Of a stretch of DNA of 64,000 nucleotides, positions 52,874 to 64,000 are shown piece by piece (position 1 is the first letter of the stretch; every line of letters begins with the position of its first letter). Below the pieces are notes generated by a model. The model did not search any database. It was not told the origin of the DNA and worked only from the letters and a program-made list of their open reading frames with translations. The position numbers and the translations under genes are program-made. This stretch comes from Nitrosopumilus sp. (GTDB lineage: Archaea; Thermoproteota; Nitrososphaeria; Nitrososphaerales; Nitrosopumilaceae), in NCBI GenBank assembly GCA_965203315.1, contig OZ241857.1, positions 1,760,001-1,824,000 of the forward strand, written 5' to 3'.

Positions 52874-53905
52874 TTAAGCCTTTCCAACTATAACGATCTT
52901 TATCGCATCGTTGCCACGTCTTGCATGATTGAACGCCTGCATCGAGTCATCGATACTATACCTGTGAGTTATGAGTGAACTTGCGTCGATACGACGAGTA
53001 CGTATGAGATCGAGTGCCTCTTGTGTGTCCTTGTCTGATGCTGCATAGCTGGTCATCAGCGTAATCTCTTTAGAGTATATCTTGTCCATCTCTGCCTCTA
53101 GTATTGTACCCTTTGATGGAACACCAAACATCATCACTGTGCCGCCAGGTCGCACCACTTGTAGTGCATCATCCAGTGCAGATATACTACTAGTTGAGAC
53201 TATGGCAACATCGACACCATGTACTGTCGCGGTACGAATCTTTGTGTGACGAGACTCTTCTGTTGCCGATATTACGTCTATGCCAAATCGAGATGCAAAG
53301 TCTAAACGAAATTGGTTTACGTCCAAACCAAATATTCTATCAAATCCATTCATACGAGATATCATTGCGTGTAATATTCCTGTCGAGCCCATTCCAAATA
53401 TCGCAACTGAATCACCGTGTCTGTAATCTAGTTTATGCCAAGATCTAAGACAGCATGCCAACGGTTCGATCATCGCTGCTTCCTCAAATGAGATAGTGTC
53501 AGGAATCTTCAAGACGCCTCCATGTTCTACGTTCCATGCAGGTACAACATACTCTTCGGATAGACCACAGGGCGTGAGATTGGTCTCATAATACTTTGGA
53601 CACATGGTCTCACAGCCATGTTCACACAGATGACAGTCATAGCACGGAACATGATGATGTGTAAATACTCGATCTCCAAGTCTAAACTTTTTTACGTTTG
53701 AACCTACACCCACAATTACTCCAGATGGTTCGTGCCCCAATCTCATGGATGGTTGACCATATTGACCAAACACTTTTTCTAGATCTGAACCACATATTCC
53801 ACATGCGTGCATCTCTACCAATATCTCACCTGGATTGAGACTGGGTCGTTGCGCCTCTCTGATCGATACTATTGATGGTTCTCTTACAAATGCTGTCTTC
53901 ATCAT
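52874..53905 (-). CDS. zinc-dependent (MDR) dehydrogenase
   Basis: CGICGSD, LGHEPSG, C..C..C...C zinc site, GMGSTG. Confidence 0.92.
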   Translation of the reverse strand: MMKTAFVREPSIVSIREAQRPSLNPGEILVEMHACGICGSDLEKVFGQYGQPSMRLGHEPSGVIVGVGSNVKKFRLGDRVFTHHHVPCYDCHLCEHGCETMCPKYYETNLTPCGLSEEYVVPAWNVEHGGVLKIPDTISFEEAAMIEPLACCLRSWHKLDYRHGDSVAIFGMGSTGILHAMISRMNGFDRIFGLDVNQFRLDFASRFGIDVISATEESRHTKIRTATVHGVDVAIVSTSSISALDDALQVVRPGGTVMMFGVPSKGTILEAEMDKIYSKEITLMTSYAASDKDTQEALDLIRTRRIDASSLITHRYSIDDSMQAFNHARRGNDAIKIVIVGKA

Positions 53906-53942
53906 ATAGAAAAATTTGAAACATGATATAAAGATGTAAACG

Positions 53943-54236
53943 TCACACACCTAGAATCTTTTTGAGCATTGCCCTATAATCTACGTCAACCTTTGAACTA
54001 CCTGCAGCAGGTAGTCCGAATACAAGTGTCGAGTTTTTCGTACGAAGCTCTGTTAGTTCATCACCTAATGCTTCGGTAATATCATCACTTACAAGAACTA
54101 GACCTACATCAGAGTCGTCAGATAACTGTTTGATCTCATCTAGTGCTTTTTGTGGGGTATCAGATATAATACCAGGAACTCCAGCTAGTTGAAAACTTGT
54201 TACAAATGACTTTGTGCCCACAGTAAAGATCTTCAC
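53943..54236 (-). CDS. atpF: A/V-type ATP synthase subunit F
   Basis: KIFTVG...FQLAGV...DVGLVLV...MLKKILGV. Confidence 0.85.
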   Translation of the reverse strand: MKIFTVGTKSFVTSFQLAGVPGIISDTPQKALDEIKQLSDDSDVGLVLVSDDITEALGDELTELRTKNSTLVFGLPAAGSSKVDVDYRAMLKKILGV

Positions 54237-54310
54237 ATAAACAGATGTAAAAAGTTGTAATTTAACCTTTTAGTCATTTACGAATATGGAATGGGTACAT
54301 GTTATCATTA

Positions 54311-54661
54311 TCATAAAGGACGTGCCTTGCCTACATCTACACCATCATCTTTTTGTTCAAATACTCTATATTCACCAATAACAGAATCACATTTTTTGCA
54401 TGTGTATTGACCTCGTTCGACTAGAATTAGATTATCAGCTACCTCTTCATTCCCGCTCTCTTCTAGACGTATATTTGGCGATTCTGAGAATTCGGTATCG
54501 CAGTTGTTACAATAGTATTTGAGCATATTGCCCTGCTCTAGTTTACCGATAGGAGCAAGAAACAACTTGCCAACACCAAGATCAGCCTTTTTGGCTTGAA
54601 CGTCACTAATATCTGCAACAATATATCCACCAGAACCTTGCAGTTTGGACTCGGTCATCAC
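54311..54661 (-). CDS. hypothetical zinc-ribbon protein
   Basis: YYCNNC...YTCKKC. Confidence 0.75.
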   Translation of the reverse strand: MMTESKLQGSGGYIVADISDVQAKKADLGVGKLFLAPIGKLEQGNMLKYYCNNCDTEFSESPNIRLEESGNEEVADNLILVERGQYTCKKCDSVIGEYRVFEQKDDGVDVGKARPL

Positions 54662-54814
54662 ATAAAGCTCTTTAACGGTATTAAAATATCATTCTAACAG
54701 AGCCTCTGAATAGTTTGATGTATCTGGTATCGTGTGTCCAATATATATGACACAGATACTATCACAGATTATGAATCACTAAGTTATTATCCAATTGTCT
54801 TGAAAAGATAACAA

Positions 54815-55624
54815 ATGGTCAAGATCAAACAAAACTCTGATGTGTTGTTTTATTTCAACAGCTCAAAAAAATGGCTTGTACGAATTACAAAGAGAGAGTC
54901 ACTCCACACGCATATTGGTGTAATACCACATGCAGATGCGATAGGTAAAGAGTACGGATCCAGACTAGTTACCAACAAAGACAAGTATGTGTATCTACTC
55001 AAACCAACCATGTACGATTATACGATGAAGATTCAACATGGAACACAGATAGTCTATCCCAAAGATATTGGATATATTATTGCCCGTGCAGGAATTCAGA
55101 GTGGTCAAAAGATATTAGAGATTGGGACTGGCAGTGGCTCACTGACATCGTTCGTTGCGGGAGTTGTACGACCACGAGGTCATGTGTATACGTTTGATGT
55201 AGATGAAAAATTTATCCAGATTGCAGAAAAGAATATCGCACGAGCTGGTGTCTCAAAGTATGTAACTCTACACAACAAAGATATCAAGAAAATTAAAGAG
55301 ATGCCTCTGCAAGATATGGATGTTGCGCTAATTGATTTAGGTGATCCGTGGACAATAATTCCAAAAGTTCGTGCAATGCTACAAGGTAGTGGTTCACTCT
55401 TTGCAGTATGTCCCACAATGAACCAACTTGAACGACTCACTACAGCTCTAGTTGAAAATGAGTTTACCGACATTGAATCGACTGAACACATTATACGAAA
55501 TATTGAAGCACGTGAGGGCAAGACTAGACACTCTTTTCAAGGAATAGGTCATACAACATACTTGTGTTTCGCAAGAAAGGCGTTCTTTGATCTCAAACCA
55601 AGACGCAGATCTGCATCTCCTTAA
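54815..55624 (+). CDS. trmI: tRNA (adenine-N1)-methyltransferase
   Basis: TQIVYPKD, LEIGTGSGSLT, DLGDPW, GHTTYL. Confidence 0.93.
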   Translation: MVKIKQNSDVLFYFNSSKKWLVRITKRESLHTHIGVIPHADAIGKEYGSRLVTNKDKYVYLLKPTMYDYTMKIQHGTQIVYPKDIGYIIARAGIQSGQKILEIGTGSGSLTSFVAGVVRPRGHVYTFDVDEKFIQIAEKNIARAGVSKYVTLHNKDIKKIKEMPLQDMDVALIDLGDPWTIIPKVRAMLQGSGSLFAVCPTMNQLERLTTALVENEFTDIESTEHIIRNIEAREGKTRHSFQGIGHTTYLCFARKAFFDLKPRRRSASP

Positions 55625-55821
55625 TTTATTACAATGTTAATTTTTCATTTGAATTTCTTTATTATTATAAAATCATGTATAGTACTGATTTTGATCTCCA
55701 TTTGATACAACATAATACCATTTACGCAAATTGTTTCTTTACCACATAGATTTATTGAAAAATATTTTGTATTACAATACCAGATAGAAATCTGCATAAT
55801 CCATATTTGTTGGGTTAGTGT

Positions 55822-56774
55822 TTAGTATTTGGGCTCAAACAATCTATTTCTGTTATAGTCAACAACACACATCTCAAACAATAATCTATACTTATCTTCA
55901 TGGTATTGATGTTTTAGATCGTTCATACATCCAACAAGTTCTTTATTCCTGTATAACACATTATCAAAGTAGAGTCTACTAGGCAACATGTTTATTTTTT
56001 GCTTATTACATCGTTGACAGACTAGTACGCAATTGTATGGCACCGTAGAAAATATATAATTATAAGGTATTACATGATCGACAAACGGCTTGGAAAATTT
56101 TTCTAAACAATAGAAACATTTAGAGTCTTGCGCTTTTTTAAATCGTACTTGTATATCCTTCTTCAACATTTTTGGTGGACTAGTTAGAGTATTAACTTTG
56201 GTTGCAATTTGTGGAGTCAGCTTATTTAGTCTTTCTAAATACGTAGCAATTTTATTATTTAAGCCTTGCTTTAACATAGTTTTGTACTTGTGTAAAAAAT
56301 TGATAAACGATTCATCAAAATATATTGTATTTGAATTATGTTTTTGAAAGAGATTGATCATATCTGTTTTTATATGAAACAACACTTCAGGTTTTATACT
56401 TTTTGTTATTACCTCTTTTCTGAAATCTTGCATATGATCTTCTGCAAGTTCTTGTATGGTTGGGGGTTTTTATGAAGATTATGATACATGTGGATAATCT
56501 TTACAATTCTAGCATCGTGTGGATCTTGGGCTTGTTTTAAATGAAATCCATATTCCATATCCCAATAGAATTTTGCAAATCTAACTGCAATAAAATTTAG
56601 ATCAACATAGAGATTACCATTATTTTGTTCAAGCCATCTTTGACCTACCAAATATTTTTTATCAACAAGATCTCCAATATCTAACAGTGATCTTAAAAAT
56701 ACTGGTTTGTAGGTACTAGCCATGTATCCTTTATCGAACATTTGATCAAACATTGCAAGATAGTTGACTGTCAT
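55822..56774 (-). pseudogene. HNH endonuclease gene split by a 1-nt frameshift at ~56465
   Basis: N-part STYKPVFLRSLLD...FAKFYW; C-part CFYC...VDHVIP...NCVLVCQRCNKQK; AT-rich island. Confidence 0.75.
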
Positions 56775-57007
56775 ATCAAAAGTTGATTCTTCGATATAAA
56801 TATAACTTGCTAAGAGTCTTTCCAAAAAAGATCTTTTAATACAACATTTTGATTGTGTAATGTTTAGTAGTTTTTTATTTGAAAATAACACATGATGAGT
56901 GAGACTGTTTGTTTGAGGTTGACTTGTCAAACATTGCATATGCTGATCAATTTACATATCACAAGATCTTAGCAATCAATATAAGACAAATATAACATAC
57001 ATTGTAT

Positions 57008-57724
57008 ATGACAAAATTTACTCAAGATCAAGTTGAACATCTAAACAACATAATAACAACAGCAGAATCTGCACTAAGATGGGCATCAGATAATCTACAT
57101 CCAAGAGTTGCAAAGGCATCAAGTTTTGGAGCTGAAGATGCAGTTCTCATGCACATGATGATAGAGATCAATCCCAAATTTCGATTCTTTACACTAGATA
57201 CTGGAAGACTCCCTCAAGAGACGTATGATATTATCGACATATGTAGAAAGAGGTACAACATAGAGATCGAAGTACTCTTTCCAGATGCAAGAGAAGTTGA
57301 GACGATGGTCAGAGAGCATGGCATGAATCTCTTTTACAAAAGTGTTGAGAATCGAAAGATGTGCTGTGAGATACGAAAGGTTCACCCCATGAACAATATG
57401 CTGTCCAATCTTGATGGATGGATTACTGGCTTGAGACGAGATCAGACAGATATTCGAAAGGATGCGACCATATTTCAACTAGACAAAGCACACAACATGA
57501 TACTAAAGATCAACCCGATCATCAATTGGACATGGGAAGAGATTCAGAGATACATCAAACAGTATGATCTACCATACAACTCACTACTTGACAAAGGATA
57601 CCCAAGTATTGGCTGTGAGCCATGTACACGCGCGATCAAGCCAGGTGAGGATTTAAGGGCAGGTCGTTGGTGGTGGGAACAAGATCAACATAAAGAGTGT
57701 GGACTTCATATAGAGTCAAGATGA
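57008..57724 (+). CDS. cysH: APS/PAPS reductase
   Basis: [43 protein letters not shown]. Confidence 0.93.
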   Translation: MTKFTQDQVEHLNNIITTAESALRWASDNLHPRVAKASSFGAEDAVLMHMMIEINPKFRFFTLDTGRLPQETYDIIDICRKRYNIEIEVLFPDAREVETMVREHGMNLFYKSVENRKMCCEIRKVHPMNNMLSNLDGWITGLRRDQTDIRKDATIFQLDKAHNMILKINPIINWTWEEIQRYIKQYDLPYNSLLDKGYPSIGCEPCTRAIKPGEDLRAGRWWWEQDQHKECGLHIESR

Positions 57725-57734
57725 GAGGTACAAC

Positions 57735-58862
57735 ATGATTAAACCACATGGCGGTAAATTGGTAAATCGATACTTTAAAGGAGATACAGGCGATATCTCG
57801 GCGTTTACGATATCGTACGATCTAGCGAACGATGTTGAGAATATCGCAGACGGCATATTCAGTCCGTTAGATGGTTTTTTAGGACGCGATGACTTTGAAT
57901 CAGTTATATCAAGTGGCAGACTCTACAATGACTTAGCATGGACCATTCCAATAGTCTTAGATGTTGATGCTCAAACTGCTACTCAAATGCACGATGCCAA
58001 GACAGTTCTACTACAGACACCAGATAGCAGAGACATTGCCATACTCGATGTAAAAGAGCATTATACATTTGACAAGACAGAGATGTCCAAAGGAGTATAC
58101 GGAACAACAGACCCCACACATCCAGGAGTTGCAAAGACACTATCGATGAAAGATGTTCTAGTAGGAGGTACAATTGAGCTGGTAAACAGACCAACAGAGA
58201 CTACAGTTCGTGCAAATAGAATGACAGCTACTCAAACACGTCAAGCATTCACAGATGCCAAATGGAAGACCATATGTGCATTTCAGACTAGAAATCCACC
58301 ACATGTTGCCCACGAGATGCTACAAAAGACATCCATTACAACTCGTGATGGTGTCTTTGTAAATCCGATCATAGGCAAGAAGAAGTCAGGTGACTTTGTA
58401 GACGATGTAATTGTACAATGTTACAAGACCATGATCGAACTGTACTATCCAAATAATCGTTGTATACTTGGAACGTTGCATACAGAGATGAAGTATGCTG
58501 GACCTAAAGAGGCCATTCATCACGCAATAATGAGACAGAATTATGGATGTACGCACATCATCATAGGACGTGATCATGCTGGAGTAGGTAACTTTTATGA
58601 ACCGTTTGCAGCACAAGAGATCTTTAAAGATTATCCAGAGATAGAGATAGCACCAGTATTCTTTCCTGCATTCTTTTATTGTAATTCATGTATCACATAT
58701 ACAAACCCAAAAGCATGCCCGCACGATGACACAGTAAAGGAACAGATCAGTGGAACAAAACTACGCGCCATGATCCAAGAAGGTAAAGCGCCATCAAAGT
58801 TCATTCTTCGTCCCGAGGTGGCAAAGATAATTCTAGAACATCCAAAACCATTTGTGGAGTAG
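57735..58862 (+). CDS. sat: sulfate adenylyltransferase
   Basis: [34 protein letters not shown]. Confidence 0.95.
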   Translation: MIKPHGGKLVNRYFKGDTGDISAFTISYDLANDVENIADGIFSPLDGFLGRDDFESVISSGRLYNDLAWTIPIVLDVDAQTATQMHDAKTVLLQTPDSRDIAILDVKEHYTFDKTEMSKGVYGTTDPTHPGVAKTLSMKDVLVGGTIELVNRPTETTVRANRMTATQTRQAFTDAKWKTICAFQTRNPPHVAHEMLQKTSITTRDGVFVNPIIGKKKSGDFVDDVIVQCYKTMIELYYPNNRCILGTLHTEMKYAGPKEAIHHAIMRQNYGCTHIIIGRDHAGVGNFYEPFAAQEIFKDYPEIEIAPVFFPAFFYCNSCITYTNPKACPHDDTVKEQISGTKLRAMIQEGKAPSKFILRPEVAKIILEHPKPFVE

Positions 58863-58864
58863 AT

Positions 58865-59638
58865 ATGTCTTTGCGTGGTACATGGTATAGATTACATAAC
58901 AGGTTACACAACAAGTTTCAACATAATTTACAGCATAATTTACAATGCGATTTACATTCATCAATGTACTGTGGCATAATAATCGCGTTAGCCATACTGG
59001 CTGTACCTGATATAGCAACGTCAGTATTTGCACAAGATATGAAGAACCCATCACTAATAATTGACACGATTGAGATTCAAGCAGTAGAGTTTAACAACAT
59101 TGTAAGAACAGCAGAGATCATCAAACTAGATGATATCCATGCAGTAAGTTGGCAAGTCACCATAGACAATAATCTAATGTATGCAAATCCAAATGGAAAC
59201 GCAGTCTTGCGCATATATGATGTTGCGACACATGACGAATTTATTGAAGTCGGAATGGGTGCCCAACCCGATCACAAGTTTTGGGTTGCAGTTCAGACTC
59301 CAGAAGAAGGATATGTGGTGATCTGGCGTGATCTAGAACGCGGTTGGAGTCCACAGAGTAAGACCATCGTGTCATATACAGATCGAGCTGGACTTACCGT
59401 AAACAATGGTGCTCGAATAGTAGTGACAAATCTAGATATCGGCGTATTTGGAATAGATGCCTATTCAACATACGGCATGGAAGGATCAACCGATCCCCCT
59501 GCAGTCAACTCGGGCGTAATGATAGTCGAGTTTCTCTCTGGTGATCCATCAGAGAATGTTTTTGCACTATTTCCATTTTATGTAGCAGCTGGTATTGGAG
59601 TAATAGTCGGAGTATTATTCATAACAAAGCGACGCTGA
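58865..59638 (+). CDS. hypothetical exported protein with C-terminal TM anchor
   Basis: Signal-like hydrophobic stretch; C-terminal TM helix plus KRR; true start uncertain. Confidence 0.7.
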   Translation: MSLRGTWYRLHNRLHNKFQHNLQHNLQCDLHSSMYCGIIIALAILAVPDIATSVFAQDMKNPSLIIDTIEIQAVEFNNIVRTAEIIKLDDIHAVSWQVTIDNNLMYANPNGNAVLRIYDVATHDEFIEVGMGAQPDHKFWVAVQTPEEGYVVIWRDLERGWSPQSKTIVSYTDRAGLTVNNGARIVVTNLDIGVFGIDAYSTYGMEGSTDPPAVNSGVMIVEFLSGDPSENVFALFPFYVAAGIGVIVGVLFITKRR

Positions 59639-59752
59639 AAAGTATGCTCAAGTCCATCAAGCATTCAATTAGATCACAAGAGTTGATTTGCGTGTGGGGT
59701 ATTCGCGTGGCCTATAATTTAGTCCACTTGCCAGTTATGAGACTAGTCACTT

Positions 59753-59869
59753 GGATCTCTTCGATTTATGTGAGATGATATTTCACAAGGCTTTTTTCCA
59801 ATCTTCGGTTAGAGAATCTTGTAGTGCTTCCGTCATAACCATTCTACCTCACGCAAACCGAAGAGATCC
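59753..59869. mobile_element. MITE family B, copy 4 (117 bp)
   Basis: GGATCTCTTCGATTTATGTGAG...CTCACGCAAACCGAAGAGATCC. Confidence 0.85.
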
Positions 59870-59909
59870 TCACGGAATATTACAACCATTGCAAATATAT
59901 CGAATATTT

Positions 59910-60524
59910 TCAAAGATCTAATCTGAGTAAACCTCGTTTACCAGCCTCTTTCATCGCTAGGTGTATTGGCATGTCAAGAAATCCTGCAAATCTTGCAAGA
60001 CTCAACTTTTCTTTTGCAAGTAAAGAGAATAAATGCTCCTTAATATCTGGTTTTATTTTTTCATATGTTGCAGAACCTTTTCGCATATCAGGATACAGAC
60101 AGTACATGAAAGATAGCATCTCTGGAACTGTGATATCGTTTATGCCACTCTTGTGCTCAATAAACACATCTGGCATTGTTATGTTAAACATACCAGGAAA
60201 CTTTAGAATCTTGTCTTTTTTATCTACGATCTCTTTGGCGTATGCCACGCTCTTTTCAGTCAATTGTATGGCGTCATCACTCTCAGCTAGCATGCCAGTC
60301 TGTACAAGATGATCTAGAGAATCATCCAATACTGTACTGTATGGACCATTATCGTTTATTGTAAAGTTACACATCTCTCTAATCTCTTCGTATGGATCTC
60401 CCAACATGTACATCAAGACTTGGAGTTTCTGTCTACCTTGTATAGGCTGAGCGTCTACATTTACCAATAAGAGAATATACTCTTCAATCTCGTCGAGTTC
60501 CAATATCCTGTTCTCAGTTGCCAT
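59910..60524 (-). CDS. YwgA/SocA-like winged-helix protein with UPF0175-like C-terminus (putative antitoxin)
   Basis: PIQGRQKLQ.LMY.L...NGPYS..L...LD.L pattern; C-terminal KLSLARFAGFLDMPI. Confidence 0.5.
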   Translation of the reverse strand: MATENRILELDEIEEYILLLVNVDAQPIQGRQKLQVLMYMLGDPYEEIREMCNFTINDNGPYSTVLDDSLDHLVQTGMLAESDDAIQLTEKSVAYAKEIVDKKDKILKFPGMFNITMPDVFIEHKSGINDITVPEMLSFMYCLYPDMRKGSATYEKIKPDIKEHLFSLLAKEKLSLARFAGFLDMPIHLAMKEAGKRGLLRLDL

Positions 60525-60585
60525 ACTGTTTCATTCTCATAACGAGATAAAAATACTCGGAAATTGTAGTCACGGCAACAACACC

Positions 60586-60663
60586 GGATCTCTTTGGTTT
60601 ACGTGTAGAATGGTCACAGAAAAAGCCTTGTAAAATGTCACCCCACACAAATCAAAGAGATCC
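60586..60663. mobile_element. MITE family B, copy 5 (78 bp, internally deleted)
   Basis: GGATCTCTTTGGTTTACGTG...CACACAAATCAAAGAGATCC. Confidence 0.8.
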
Positions 60664-60779
60664 TTATCAAGACATAGACGAATACGAGTACAATAAGTCA
60701 GCAACTAGTTTTTCATACTAGATATCTAATACAAACATGTGTTGTGGTTTTTCAAGATATGATTGTATCAAACAAGTCA

Positions 60780-61055
60780 TCAATACAAGACGTCAAATTT
60801 GGAAAACTTGTTAGTAAATATCATGTCTTGGATATCGATATTTGTAACTCTCGAGTTTGCAGGACCAACACGTGCCCAATCTATCACTGCTGCAACATCT
60901 TTGGTTTTACCTTCCAAAACAGCCTCTACACGACCGTCATCAAGATTTTTGACCCAGCCGTAAACATTGTTCTTCTTTGCAGTAACCTTTAGTGTTTGTC
61001 TAAAGAACACTCCTTGTACTTTACCAGTAACAAGTATCCGCTTACACACAGACAT
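60780..61055 (-). CDS. acyP: acylphosphatase
   Basis: GKVQGVFFR, GWVKNLDDGRVEA. Confidence 0.93.
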   Translation of the reverse strand: MSVCKRILVTGKVQGVFFRQTLKVTAKKNNVYGWVKNLDDGRVEAVLEGKTKDVAAVIDWARVGPANSRVTNIDIQDMIFTNKFSKFDVLY

Positions 61056-61099
61056 TAAATCCAGACATGCGCAAACCTTAATCAGTCTTCGGTTGTAGA

Positions 61100-61834
61100 T
61101 TACCTTCGCTCTTTAATTCTAGCTCGGCCTGTCTTTCTAGCAGCGATACTTCCCACCTTTGCACCAGGCGGAGCATCTCGAGACACAGTAGAGCTCTGTC
61201 CCACATGTTGGTGACGACCACCACCGTGTGGGTGAACAAATGCTGCTTGTGCAACACCTCGAACGATCGGATACTTTTTACCTTTTGAACGAAATCTGCG
61301 CCACTTGCCACCTGCGCTCATGTATGGTCGTTCTCCTACACCACCACCCGCAAGAGTTCCGATCATTGCACGGTTCTTTGGATTTAATGTAGCAAATCGA
61401 CCCGAAGGAAGTTTTACTGTAACGCCATCATCACCATGTGAGAATATCGTTGCATTGGTGCCTGCTGACTTTACGATAGCACCACCGTCTCCAAAGTGTC
61501 TCTCTATATTACATACGACTGTACCGTCAGGAATATTTTGAATACTGATCACGTTTCCTTTCTCAAGTTTTGATTTTAAACCAAATTGTAATTTAGAGCC
61601 AACTCGAGTTCCCAGTACAGATGGAACATACGATATAGAACCATTAGGAAACTGTATCTTTGCCAGAGGAACATCTCGTCCACGTTCATGGACTAGATCT
61701 ATTACCGTACCATCATGCTGTTCAGATAATGCAAAACGCGGATAGATCGCTCTAGTACCGATCTTGCCAGTAGATGTAGATCTGAACTGATTGCCTCCAC
61801 GGCCACGTCTTCTAACTAGCGGTCTCTTACCCAA
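61100..61834 (-). CDS. rpl2: 50S ribosomal protein L2
   Basis: GKRPLVRRRGRG, VRGVAQAAFVHPHGGG, PPGAKVGSIAARKTG; start taken as TTG 61834. Confidence 0.96.
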   Translation of the reverse strand: MGKRPLVRRRGRGGNQFRSTSTGKIGTRAIYPRFALSEQHDGTVIDLVHERGRDVPLAKIQFPNGSISYVPSVLGTRVGSKLQFGLKSKLEKGNVISIQNIPDGTVVCNIERHFGDGGAIVKSAGTNATIFSHGDDGVTVKLPSGRFATLNPKNRAMIGTLAGGGVGERPYMSAGGKWRRFRSKGKKYPIVRGVAQAAFVHPHGGGRHQHVGQSSTVSRDAPPGAKVGSIAARKTGRARIKERR

Positions 61835-61985
61835 GTTAATCGCCTTCAGCATATATTGAATTTTAAGTTTGTTATATTCGCTTGTATCTGATGTGTAGTG
61901 TCAACAGATACAACTCTACATCAACACACCTGTAATCATTGACTAGAATAGACTAGTCGGAGGTTATTGAGATATAGATCAATGA

Positions 61986-64000
<2,015 letters not shown>

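Noticed and set aside
53943-54236. atpF located away from an ATP synthase operon; four stand-alone Lrp/AsnC domain genes elsewhere in the window
   Set aside because: To my knowledge both are ordinary arrangements in this lineage

Overview
This is a chromosomal window from an ammonia-oxidising archaeon (Nitrososphaerota, most likely Nitrosopumilaceae), inferred from gene content. Core genes include the 2-oxoacid:ferredoxin oxidoreductase pair, a DEAD-box helicase, a CdvB/ESCRT-III paralogue, gatCAB, pduO, sucCD, rpl40e, an ABC-2 transporter, an lsrF-like aldolase, atpF, trmI, cysH, sat, rpl2, cdc48, tRNA-Phe and tRNA-Gln. The accessory layer is dense. It has an intact single-ORF IS66 with an 8-bp TSD, two related MITE families (8 copies), a HicBA-like pair, a frameshifted HNH nuclease and three tandem-repeat-expanded genes (57-, 66- and 687-bp units). 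The most interesting region is ~32-51 kb. It holds a 2411-aa secreted protein with four apparently identical 687-bp repeats, with a Rad52/Sak-like annealing-protein gene divergent to it. It also holds an S-layer (SlaA-like) gene split by a 358-bp IS1595-derived element whose precise excision restores a 1640-aa frame. Both surface-protein genes share the promoter layout TTTATA-N4-AC-poly(G) (G13 and G9), the only long G/C runs I saw in the window. Together these suggest an archaeal surface phase-variation (contingency) system. All calls were made by eye, with no searches run.
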